Shown: positions 7,757 to 16,078 of the stretch, piece after piece
Position numbering within the stretch: position 1 is the stretch's first letter
Layout: each line of letters starts with the position of its first letter
Source of the DNA: Patescibacteria group bacterium
Lineage (GTDB): Bacteria > Patescibacteriota > Minisyncoccia > UBA6257
Assembly: GCA_022705545.1 (NCBI GenBank)
Contig: JAKJEG010000001.1
Span: forward strand, 1 to 24,620
Reading direction: 5' to 3'
DNA: 24,620 nucleotides
The notes under the pieces: generated by a model
What the model was told of the DNA's origin: nothing
What the model saw: the letters and a program-made list of their open reading frames with translations, nothing else
The model's database searches: none
Translations under genes and position numbers: made by a program

Positions 7757-9242
7757 AACCGCCAGCGCAAGACCAGCAATAATTATTAGATGGGCAAGCA
7801 TATTGTGAAGCAGGTACAACGTGGAAACCAGAACCGTATTGAGGACATAGATATTCATCTAAAACATTTAATCCTACTTGGTTAGCTTTCTTTTTGAAAT
7901 TATTTCTTTTTGCTTCGCCGGGATCTCCGCCATATCCAATATCAACACAGGTACCATTAAGATGACATTCATCAAGGTGGTCTATAGTTGTTTTGCACTG
8001 ATTGGTGTTAATAATGCTTACACAAGCTTCGGTTACCTTCCAACCGTCATTAAGAATGATAGCTAATTGGGCTAATTTGTCGGCAGTATTTTTATCAATA
8101 TAAGCACCATTAGGAAATTCATCAGACATTGGAATTCCATTATAGGGCGGTTGAGCACCGTGACCAATTCGAATAAAATTGGCAATTTGTTGTGCTCCAG
8201 ATACAGGTAGTTGCGGACTGGTTGGTTGGCCAGTTGAAGGTTGCTGGCCAGTTGAAGGAGTTCCTCCTTCTCCTAACTTTGGGCTAGAACTCAAAATATC
8301 AGGATTAATCGTATTTAAAATAATGTAGAAACCAAATAGCAAGAAGAAACCAATCACTGCATCAATCATTCTTTGCTGGGCATCTTTTTGTTGTTTGGGA
8401 TTACCGCTGGAAGTGGCATAAAGAATGCCAGCATAAACAAAAGAAATAAACATTATTAACCCTGAAATTCTTAACATCCATTTAACAAAACCACCAACTA
8501 ATTGAGCCAAAACATCACTTCCCGGATAAAAAATAGTTGGTTCTTCTGCTTTAGCAAAGAATGGTAAACCTACTTCCCAAGTATAGGAACCAAAAGAAGG
8601 CTGGTCAATCTTAGTGTTAGGACTATATTGAGTTTGAGGATAAGAAAACGAAACAGGAGGTCCACCACAAACAGTATGATCAGTTGCTCTTTCATAAGGG
8701 TCTATGGGGAAGGCTAGACATTCTTCGTCATCTTGGCAAAGGAAGGGAAGAGGATAACACTTGCAGCGGCATTTTTGAATGAAACCAATAGGTTCATCAA
8801 CAGCGCTCCCGCCACTTTGAATTCTTTGATCCAATTCTTCTAAGGTTTCCATCTGACAGCAGCAAAATGGTTTTAAACATCCACCGGTTGAAGAATTAGA
8901 ATGGTCGTTTTTATTGCAGCAGAATGGTTTGCCTGCTTCTGGCTCACTAGTTGGCTGGGATTCTTCTGATGACCCCGAAGGTTTAGAGGGTTTTGAGGGC
9001 TTTGAGTCAGATTCTGATTCAGATTCTGACTCAGAATCTTCTGGTTGTTGATAAGGACACGCTCCTCCTGAACATCCAGAAGAAGGTTCTGCTTCGTTTG
9101 ATTCCTCGGGCTGTTGTTGATAAGGGCACGCTCCGCCGGGACAATCACTAAATACTTTTTTAACCCCAAAGAAATTTATTGTTGCCAAACTGACAATAAA
9201 AACAATTATTAAAAGGACTAAATTTTTATTGTTAAATTTCAT
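7755..9242 (-). CDS. Secreted Cys-rich protein with TrbC/VirB2-like pilin hairpin and C-terminal M15-like (HxxGxxxD...H) domain
   Basis: Signal peptide; 24 Cys; 'ISGLIMFISFVYAGILYATSSGNPKQQKDAQQRMIDAVIGFFLLFGFYIILNTINPDIL' fits the CPR VirB2-like pilin pattern; C-terminal VTEA...CHLNGTCVD...FHV. Confidence 0.7.
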   Translation of the reverse strand: MKFNNKNLVLLIIVFIVSLATINFFGVKKVFSDCPGGACPYQQQPEESNEAEPSSGCSGGACPYQQPEDSESESESESDSKPSKPSKPSGSSEESQPTSEPEAGKPFCCNKNDHSNSSTGGCLKPFCCCQMETLEELDQRIQSGGSAVDEPIGFIQKCRCKCYPLPFLCQDDEECLAFPIDPYERATDHTVCGGPPVSFSYPQTQYSPNTKIDQPSFGSYTWEVGLPFFAKAEEPTIFYPGSDVLAQLVGGFVKWMLRISGLIMFISFVYAGILYATSSGNPKQQKDAQQRMIDAVIGFFLLFGFYIILNTINPDILSSSPKLGEGGTPSTGQQPSTGQPTSPQLPVSGAQQIANFIRIGHGAQPPYNGIPMSDEFPNGAYIDKNTADKLAQLAIILNDGWKVTEACVSIINTNQCKTTIDHLDECHLNGTCVDIGYGGDPGEAKRNNFKKKANQVGLNVLDEYLCPQYGSGFHVVPASQYACPSNNYCWSCAGG

Positions 9243-9248
9243 ACCATT

Positions 9249-11051
9249 CTAAGTGTTTTCTAATTTTGCCTTTTCTTCTTTAATAGCCATCAATTGAGCT
9301 GGATTAGAGGTAATTATTTGATCTTCTGCATAAGAAGCAATAATTTGAATAGCCGCGTGCTGGTTTTGGGCTAGAAAAAGACCAGTGCCAACACTTGTTT
9401 GCAGCAATAAAGCTTTTTCTTGGTCAGTCAAATTAAAGGCCTGACCTAAATTTTCAATATTGGCTGGGGATTGCCTTAAAAGGAGTCCTAAAGAAGAATT
9501 AGTAATAATTGGTTTACCATAAGGAGAACTTAAAGCGTCTTCCACATCTTGGCTGATAAAAGTAATTCCTAAATAATATTTTCTGGCTCTTTTTACCAAA
9601 CTAAAAAGGAAAGAAGCACTTTCTTCATGGGCTAATAACCACCAACCTTCATCAATAGTCACTATTCTTTTTTTAATATCTTTTTTTATCGCTGTCCAAA
9701 TATAATTTAAAATAACATACATCGCAATCGGTCTTAAGGCTTCTTCTAACTCTCTAATGCCAAAAACTACTAATCGATTAGAAAGGTCAATATTTGACGG
9801 TTGATTAAGAAAACCGGCAAAGCTCCCTTTGGTATATTGATATAATTTAGCTGCTAAATCCTCACCTCCTTCAATATTTTTTAAAATACTCTCTAAATCT
9901 TCCATCAAAGGCGGTTTATGAGGTTCATTTAAATTATGAGGAAAAATGTCTCTTAAGGCATAGGTTTCAGTTAATGCTCTATCTAAAATTATTTCTTCTC
10001 GGGGGTTTAATCCTCCAACTAATAATTTAATTAAACTAATAAGGGTGAGAATATGAGAACGAAAAACTTCTTCGGGAGATTCATCTTCCCCTACTTTGGG
10101 AAAATCAAAAGGATTGATATTGTCTTCTGAGGCAACAGCAATTTTATAAAAACTGCCTCCCAATGATTCAGCAAAATACTGATATTCGTTTTCCGGGTCA
10201 ATGATAATGACATCTGTGCCAAATAGCAAAGAGCGAAGAATTTCTAACTTTACAGCATAACTTTTTCCGGCTCCGGTTTGGGCAAAAACAACCATATTAG
10301 CATTAGGCAGGGAAAAGCGATCAAAAATAACCAAACTATTATTATGCTGATTAATTCCATAAAGAATGCCTTTGTTTTGAGAAAGGTCTAAGGAAGAAAA
10401 AGGAAAAATGGTAGAAGCCGGTTGAGAGTTCAAAGGAGTGGTTAAAAGTAATCTATCTAGCCCCAAAGGAAGAGTTGATTCCAGCCCTTCAAATTGACGG
10501 AAAATAGCCGTTTTAGAATAAATTAATTGTTGTTCCAAAATGCTTTTTATTTTTTTCTCTACTTCTTTTAATTCTTCTTGGGAATCAGCAAGAAAGGTAA
10601 TATAAACCCCAACATCAAACATTTTTTCTGCTCCCTGCTGAATTAAATTTCTCAATTCTTCAACATTTTTTAAACCGATTTCTAATAATGGGTTTCTCAC
10701 TAAATTTCTTTCTTGCTCTAAACTAATTTGGGCTTGAATTTCCGCTGATTTTTTTCTTAAATCCCTTAAAACTTTGGTACTATCAACTGGGTGATAGAAA
10801 ACAGAAACGTCAAAGGCTTCATCAATATTAACAACTGATGAAAACCAGTTAATAGCTAAATAATTAGGATAAGTCAAAATAAAAATAGTAGAACAATATT
10901 TACTGCCTAATTTAATAAAAGAAGGATTAATTTGAAGCCCGGCTGGCGCAATAAAGTCCTCGAGGGTGGTAACTGCCTGCTCTCGGGAAATGACTGGCTG
11001 GGAAACATTAATTTTTGATTCTTTTTTAGAGAAAAAAGGAATATTTATCAT
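9249..11051 (-). CDS. virB4: VirB4/TraE-like T4SS ATPase (C-terminal/main part)
   Basis: IFDRFSLPNANMVVFAQTGAGKS (Walker A), IIDPENEY, INPFD, IDEGWWLL (Walker B), RARKY, SQDVED. Confidence 0.9.
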   Translation of the reverse strand: MINIPFFSKKESKINVSQPVISREQAVTTLEDFIAPAGLQINPSFIKLGSKYCSTIFILTYPNYLAINWFSSVVNIDEAFDVSVFYHPVDSTKVLRDLRKKSAEIQAQISLEQERNLVRNPLLEIGLKNVEELRNLIQQGAEKMFDVGVYITFLADSQEELKEVEKKIKSILEQQLIYSKTAIFRQFEGLESTLPLGLDRLLLTTPLNSQPASTIFPFSSLDLSQNKGILYGINQHNNSLVIFDRFSLPNANMVVFAQTGAGKSYAVKLEILRSLLFGTDVIIIDPENEYQYFAESLGGSFYKIAVASEDNINPFDFPKVGEDESPEEVFRSHILTLISLIKLLVGGLNPREEIILDRALTETYALRDIFPHNLNEPHKPPLMEDLESILKNIEGGEDLAAKLYQYTKGSFAGFLNQPSNIDLSNRLVVFGIRELEEALRPIAMYVILNYIWTAIKKDIKKRIVTIDEGWWLLAHEESASFLFSLVKRARKYYLGITFISQDVEDALSSPYGKPIITNSSLGLLLRQSPANIENLGQAFNLTDQEKALLLQTSVGTGLFLAQNQHAAIQIIASYAEDQIITSNPAQLMAIKEEKAKLENT

Positions 11052-11084
11052 TGAGTTTAAAATATATTTTTATTTGATTTCTGA

Positions 11085-11756
11085 TTAAAACGAAAGATCG
11101 GTTTTAAATTCTCGTTCAAATGTTTCTGGGTTGTAAAGATTATAAAGGAGTTCAATAACTTCTTTTGTTGATAAAGCTCTTACTTCTACCCCTATCCTTG
11201 TTAAAGTATTAATAATTATCCCCTGTCTGATTAATAATTGTTGGTAATATTGATTAAACTCTTCGTCAGAAAGAGGTTTAGTGGCGCTAAAGGCCGTAGT
11301 TTTAATTTGAAACATTTCTTTAAAACTTTGAAGCAAATCAGAAAGAAAACTTTTAACCTCGATTTTTACTGGATCATAAGGAACAACCAAAAAGAATTTT
11401 TTAGTCATTATTTTATTCTCGGAAACTAATCCATTAATAAAAGAATAATAATCTTCACCCTGAATTTTTAAGAGTTCGTTAGTTTCTTTTTTAATTCTTT
11501 CTGCTAAAAAGGTTAAATAACTTTCAATATTAACTCTTCGGGAATGGCAGATAACTTCTAAAGGAAAATCAAGGTTATTCAATAAGGTTCTCCAGCCGGT
11601 AAGAATAATATTTTGCTCTTCTAAGGATTTTAAATCCATATTAATACCGGAAACCTGAAGGACCGATCTTAGAGAACCGTTTTTTAGAATAATTATTCCT
11701 CTTCTGATTTCTTTAACTGAAATTAAAGATTGAGTTGTTAAAAAATCTTTAGCCAT
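11085..11756 (-). CDS. TraC-like / VirB4 N-terminal-domain-like T4SS accessory protein
   Basis: TQSLISVKEIRRGIIILKNG..RSVLQVSGINMDLKSLEEQ...YNLYNPE; lies between prgI and virB4, as recalled for CPR T4SS loci. Confidence 0.65.
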   Translation of the reverse strand: MAKDFLTTQSLISVKEIRRGIIILKNGSLRSVLQVSGINMDLKSLEEQNIILTGWRTLLNNLDFPLEVICHSRRVNIESYLTFLAERIKKETNELLKIQGEDYYSFINGLVSENKIMTKKFFLVVPYDPVKIEVKSFLSDLLQSFKEMFQIKTTAFSATKPLSDEEFNQYYQQLLIRQGIIINTLTRIGVEVRALSTKEVIELLYNLYNPETFEREFKTDLSF

Positions 11757-12156
11757 TATTTTGATCTAAATATTGAGCAATTTTTTCTATTGCCTCTTCT
11801 GTTATTTCTTTTTTTATTTCAGGCTTCTCTTCTGGGGTAATTTTTTTTGGGGTTATTGCTTCTTTTTGAGAAACCGTTTTTTCTTTTGACCAGAGATACT
11901 CTTTAGGTACCCATAAATGCCTTAATAAATAAGGAAAAATTTGATACATCGGCATTCCCTCTATCTGGCCAAAAGCCAGTAAAAGAGTTAAAGGCAAACC
12001 GATCACCGCGATAATTACCCAAAAAGTGGGCTCCAAAACAAAGAATAAGCCAATAATAATTCCTCCGCCAACACAGATAATAGTTAACTGGGCAAAAGTT
12101 AAAATGCCCATTATTTTTGTTTCTTCTTTAATAAATTGAGGAACTGGGACTGGCAT
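11749..12156 (-). CDS. prgI: PrgI family (VirB3-like) membrane protein
   Basis: VPQFIKEETKIMGILTFAQL followed by two TMs; 8-nt overlap with the next gene. Confidence 0.8.
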   Translation of the reverse strand: MPVPVPQFIKEETKIMGILTFAQLTIICVGGGIIIGLFFVLEPTFWVIIAVIGLPLTLLLAFGQIEGMPMYQIFPYLLRHLWVPKEYLWSKEKTVSQKEAITPKKITPEEKPEIKKEITEEAIEKIAQYLDQNNG

Positions 12157-12167
12157 AAAATTATTAA

Positions 12168-13196
12168 TTAAGGTTTTTTATCTTTTTGAGGAAACTCTTT
12201 AACTTTGGCGCCAATGATTAAGGGAGGTTCCTCGTTATTCGATTTACTTTGAGGATTTGATTCTTCTTCTGGAATAAATTCTTCATTATTACCAATATTC
12301 AAAATAGCTTCTTCTTTCTTTTCCTCAAAATATTTATATTGAGGAGATATTTTGGTTTCTTTCTGATTGGAAGTTTGATTGACATTTTTTGGGCCCTCTT
12401 TAATTGCTTTTTCTAATTCTTCTTTTACTTTTTCTGAAACGTTCTCCTTTTTTTTACTCATTATTTCTAGAAGTTTTTCCTGAATGTGTTTTTGTTCTTC
12501 TTCAGAGACCGTTGGCGGTTTGGCTCGTTTTAAATCTTTTATTTTATTAAGGGGTTTTTCAAGGGTAATGTGTTGAGGTTCTTTAACAGCAGACACACTT
12601 ACTTCTTCTAAAATATCTGAGGAAGGGGTTAAATTTTTTTGGGATAACAATGGTGAATTCTCTTTCTTTAATGTTTGATTGTTTGGGGGCTGATTTTGAG
12701 GAATGGTTGGTGGAGGTATTGTTTCAGGTTTTTCTGGCTGAATTTCTTCTTTTTCTTTGTTAAGAAACTTTTCAAAAGGATTCGGAGCAACTGGTTGATT
12801 GATTTTTTGTTCAAAGGTTGAATTTTCTGGCTGTTGTTGCTGGAGGGCATCCATGAAAGATGCTGAGATATTATCAGGAGAGGTATATAAAGATAATTCT
12901 TGACTAACCGGAGCAAAAATTTTTTTTCTAATTAAATCCGCTACTATTTGCGCTTGATTTGAAGAGAGAGAAGTTTTATTCAAAATTTCCTTCTCTAGAG
13001 TTTTTTGATCTTTTATCAGCAATAAAATTTCTTCAACTGTTTCCATTATTGGTTCAAAATAATTTTCTATTGGTTCTATCTGGCAGATTTTTAAAATATC
13101 CTCTAAATCTTGACTTAATTGGTTAGAAGATAATAAATCCTGCAAGGAATTTGGCAGTTTATCAAATTTTTCTAAAAAAATTTTTGGATCAACCAT
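12168..13196 (-). CDS. Hypothetical protein, helical N-terminal domain plus long P/Q/E/K-rich disordered tail
   Basis: 342 aa ORF co-oriented inside the T4SS-like operon; low complexity after about residue 105. Confidence 0.7.
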   Translation of the reverse strand: MVDPKIFLEKFDKLPNSLQDLLSSNQLSQDLEDILKICQIEPIENYFEPIMETVEEILLLIKDQKTLEKEILNKTSLSSNQAQIVADLIRKKIFAPVSQELSLYTSPDNISASFMDALQQQQPENSTFEQKINQPVAPNPFEKFLNKEKEEIQPEKPETIPPPTIPQNQPPNNQTLKKENSPLLSQKNLTPSSDILEEVSVSAVKEPQHITLEKPLNKIKDLKRAKPPTVSEEEQKHIQEKLLEIMSKKKENVSEKVKEELEKAIKEGPKNVNQTSNQKETKISPQYKYFEEKKEEAILNIGNNEEFIPEEESNPQSKSNNEEPPLIIGAKVKEFPQKDKKP

Positions 13197-13245
13197 TATA
13201 AGATGATTAAAAATTATTAAATATAATTATTATTTTTAAGGTTTA

Positions 13246-15945
13246 TTAACTCGCTTGCTTCCCTTCTTTTGTTTCTCCTTCTTTTACCGTAAATAAACTA
13301 TTAAGGAACCTATTTCGCAGATATCCTAATCTTCCCATTTCGCTTTGCAATTCTTGCTCCGAAGTAAACCCTTTGGTCTCTATCATTGCCTGTTTAAAGG
13401 TTTGGAGCCATTCATTTCTTTCTTGGGCATTCATTTTTCTAAAAACATCAGCCAAACTTTCTGGATCCATTTTTCTTTGAAGAATCAATTCGTTAAGGGT
13501 TTGATTTAATTGGCCAATATTTTGAAGATTTTTCAAGATATTAGTAATATCCATCTTTTTGATATCTTCTGGAGAGGCCTTTAATAAAGCTTCTTGAGTA
13601 GCATTTCTAATGGCAATTTTACTGGCTTCATCAGCATTCACTTTTTGTTTTTGCATAATTTCTTGAATATCTTTGTTAAATTGATCTGTTTGGACATATT
13701 GACGATAAAGATCTGGTCTATGGTCTTTTAACTCTTTTTTGTTAAAAGCCGGATGATTGACTACTTTTTGAAAAACAGCCATTAGCTCTTCATTAGTAGA
13801 ATCAAGCTTGCCTTTTTCAATTAATTTAGAAAAACCAGCCGCAGCCAAAAACGGATTTTTTCTATTAGCCAAGATATCTCGTTCAATTTGTTCAGCCGTC
13901 ATTTTATCAAATCGGCCACTTAAGGCTTTTTCTCTTTCAGCAGCAACATTTTGGGTTGAGGTCTGCATTTTAAGACCGGTATTATGCAAGGGTCGGAAAC
14001 GAGATTTTTCTAATCTTTCAGCTATCGATTTCCAAGCTTGACCAGTTGTTCCTTGGCCGGCAACTACTCGGGAAGAAAATGCTCCGCCAATCACGCCAGC
14101 TAAACCGCCCATAGCCACAGTGACTACTCCAGAAAGACCAGAAATTATTTTTTCCGTTATTCCTCCTGATTGTTTAATAGAAATTACCAATCCAGCCACT
14201 AAGAACATACTAAAAAGAACTAATTGGATAATTGAAGCTAAGATACCCCCTTGGCTGATTTGACTGACATTTAAAATAGTAATGCCGGTATACAAAAGAA
14301 AGCTAAAGATCACTGGCACTAAACACCATTGAATAAAGAAACTCCACCATTTCCTAAAATAGGAAGCAGTAGCGGGAAATATCCAACTGGCAAAAGTTAA
14401 AGGAGCAACAACTAAAAGAATGCACATCAGAACTGCTCTTAAAATCATGACCAAAAAAGTGGCAAATAAAGTTAAAATGGCAAAAAAGCCGATTAAAATT
14501 AAAGCGATGGCAATTAATAAGAATTTGGCAACATAACCTTGTCGGGCGGCGTAATCAATCACTCCTTCGGTGGTTTCTGATCCGCCAGCTATTTGGGCTA
14601 TGCCTTGATCAAGAAAAGCTGGTGCTGTTGCTTGGTTGTTACTAATGGCAAAACCAAAAGATTTTAATATAGCGAGACCTAAATTAGCATTTTCTCCTTT
14701 GGCGGCGTTTAAGAAATAGAAAGAAAGAAAATTGCTCACGTCAATAACCATTCCCGGAATAATCAAAGAAAAATTAACTAATAAAGCAACCACCACTAAT
14801 TTCCATAAAGTATTTTTCCAGCCCCACTTTTCAATTCTTAACATTGTGGCAACCGCAATAATAATCATTCCGATAATCAAGACTAAATTAACTAAATCCC
14901 GCATAAACGTCCAAACTTCTCTGACTCCGGGATTAGTAGAAAATCCGCCATAGGTTTGAGGATTAATTGCCCACAAAATAGCATTCACTTCTAAATTCAT
15001 AATATAGGAAATAGCCGCGCCAATGCCATCAATTAAAGCATACATTATTTGACAGAAAACTTGAGTAATCCAAGATTCAATTCGGCATTTCCAAAGAGCT
15101 TCGCCGCTCTTACCGCATTCTTCATAATCCTGTTTAGCCATTGCTCGGCAAACAGTTTTTGATTGTGATTCTTGAGCAGTGGATTGAGTTGAAGCAACCG
15201 GTGATGGGGTAATATTTACATCCTCCCCCGAAGTTTCTAATTCTGTTTCTAGAGGATCACAACACGCGTTTAAATTTTTTTGTTGCTCAGAAGTAAGAGT
15301 GCTTAGATTTTTTTGAATTGCTGAAAATGGTTCACAACAAGTATTGTAATAAGAGATAGGGCCGCCGAGAGCTCTTATTTGAGTATTACAATCTCCCAAG
15401 CATTTGTTTATAAACGTTGAAATATCCTCCTTTTCTCCAATAAGATATTTCCCTTCCCCTTGCTCAAATAAATTTTCACTAATTGTATTTTTTAAAGTCC
15501 CACAATCTCCTACGAAACATAAATTGCCATCGATGTTATATGTTTCATCTGGATTTTCAAGACAATAGGCACAACATTGTTCGAATATTTGGTAAGCAAA
15601 AATTTTTGCCTCCTCACTTATAGTAAAACCCTCATAAGCGCTTTTTATTAGCTCTTGATCACATCCCCATTTATAATTAGGGTAATTCTCTGGTTGAGCT
15701 TGTTTGCATAATCTTTCAATTGCGGTCCTTTGATCTGTTGTTAAACCTTTACTGGGAATTGCTGTGCAGCAAACCTCATAATAAGTTTTCGGATATTTTT
15801 CAATTTCTGCCTCTATTCCTTGCCAAGCACATTTTCTATAAAACTCTTCGGCTGTTTCTGCTAAAGCACTTTTTCCAATAAAAAAACTCAAAAAAATTAA
15901 AACACTGATTGATAGAATATTTTTAAAATTTTTTGGGAGTTTCAT
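13246..15945 (-). CDS. virB6: VirB6/TrbL-like polytopic membrane protein with Cys-rich extracellular N-terminus
   Basis: Signal peptide (ALA cleavage); 20 Cys in the first ~300 aa; 'WTFMRDLVNL...LLVNFSL..PGMVIDVSN' and 'LRAVLMCILLVVAPL.F...IFP...YFRKWW' VirB6-type core; helical cytoplasmic C-terminus. Confidence 0.7.
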   Translation of the reverse strand: MKLPKNFKNILSISVLIFLSFFIGKSALAETAEEFYRKCAWQGIEAEIEKYPKTYYEVCCTAIPSKGLTTDQRTAIERLCKQAQPENYPNYKWGCDQELIKSAYEGFTISEEAKIFAYQIFEQCCAYCLENPDETYNIDGNLCFVGDCGTLKNTISENLFEQGEGKYLIGEKEDISTFINKCLGDCNTQIRALGGPISYYNTCCEPFSAIQKNLSTLTSEQQKNLNACCDPLETELETSGEDVNITPSPVASTQSTAQESQSKTVCRAMAKQDYEECGKSGEALWKCRIESWITQVFCQIMYALIDGIGAAISYIMNLEVNAILWAINPQTYGGFSTNPGVREVWTFMRDLVNLVLIIGMIIIAVATMLRIEKWGWKNTLWKLVVVALLVNFSLIIPGMVIDVSNFLSFYFLNAAKGENANLGLAILKSFGFAISNNQATAPAFLDQGIAQIAGGSETTEGVIDYAARQGYVAKFLLIAIALILIGFFAILTLFATFLVMILRAVLMCILLVVAPLTFASWIFPATASYFRKWWSFFIQWCLVPVIFSFLLYTGITILNVSQISQGGILASIIQLVLFSMFLVAGLVISIKQSGGITEKIISGLSGVVTVAMGGLAGVIGGAFSSRVVAGQGTTGQAWKSIAERLEKSRFRPLHNTGLKMQTSTQNVAAEREKALSGRFDKMTAEQIERDILANRKNPFLAAAGFSKLIEKGKLDSTNEELMAVFQKVVNHPAFNKKELKDHRPDLYRQYVQTDQFNKDIQEIMQKQKVNADEASKIAIRNATQEALLKASPEDIKKMDITNILKNLQNIGQLNQTLNELILQRKMDPESLADVFRKMNAQERNEWLQTFKQAMIETKGFTSEQELQSEMGRLGYLRNRFLNSLFTVKEGETKEGKQAS

Positions 15946-15963
15946 GATAGTTGTTATTTTAAT

Positions 15964-15992
15964 ATTATATAAAACTTATTATTAATAATCAA
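15964..15992 (-). promoter_or_regulatory. sigma70-like promoter for the T4SS-like operon
   Basis: TTGATT-17 bp-TATAAT, 18 nt upstream of the virB6 ATG. Confidence 0.6.
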
Positions 15993-16028
15993 TAGTCAAG
16001 GTTTGGGTATTATTATTTAGTTAACTCA

Positions 16029-16078
16029 ACTTGCGATGTCGTTAATTCGACTTCCGTTATCAATAATTCATTTTTCAA
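16029..16078 (+). repeat. Left copy of REP-like / inverted repeat element
   Basis: ACTTGCGATGTCGTTAATTCGACTTCCG...AATAATTCA; 26/28 identical to the reverse complement of 19743-19770, 36/42 over the longer alignment. Confidence 0.85.

Noticed and set aside
7712-7760. dif/Xer-like site (GTATA-TTATATTTAA resembles the XerD arm)
   Set aside because: No XerC arm, only about 7/11 match, and it is next to the origin rather than the terminus.
7878-9169. Short ORFs 7878-8066 (+) and 8873-9169 (-)
   Set aside because: Antisense or alternate-frame shadows of the pilin gene, with no recognisable motifs.
11052-11087. Stop-codon readthrough fusing the 223-aa ORF to virB4
   Set aside because: Same frame, but the gap holds a second in-frame TAA.
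7755-15945. Integrative conjugative element or prophage
   Set aside because: No integrase, relaxase, coupling protein, att repeats or phage genes; flanked by core genes with similar composition by eye.
16075-16077. TGA recoding (genetic code 25 or selenocysteine)
   Set aside because: rsmA ends at its normal length at this TGA, and all conserved genes are intact under code 11.
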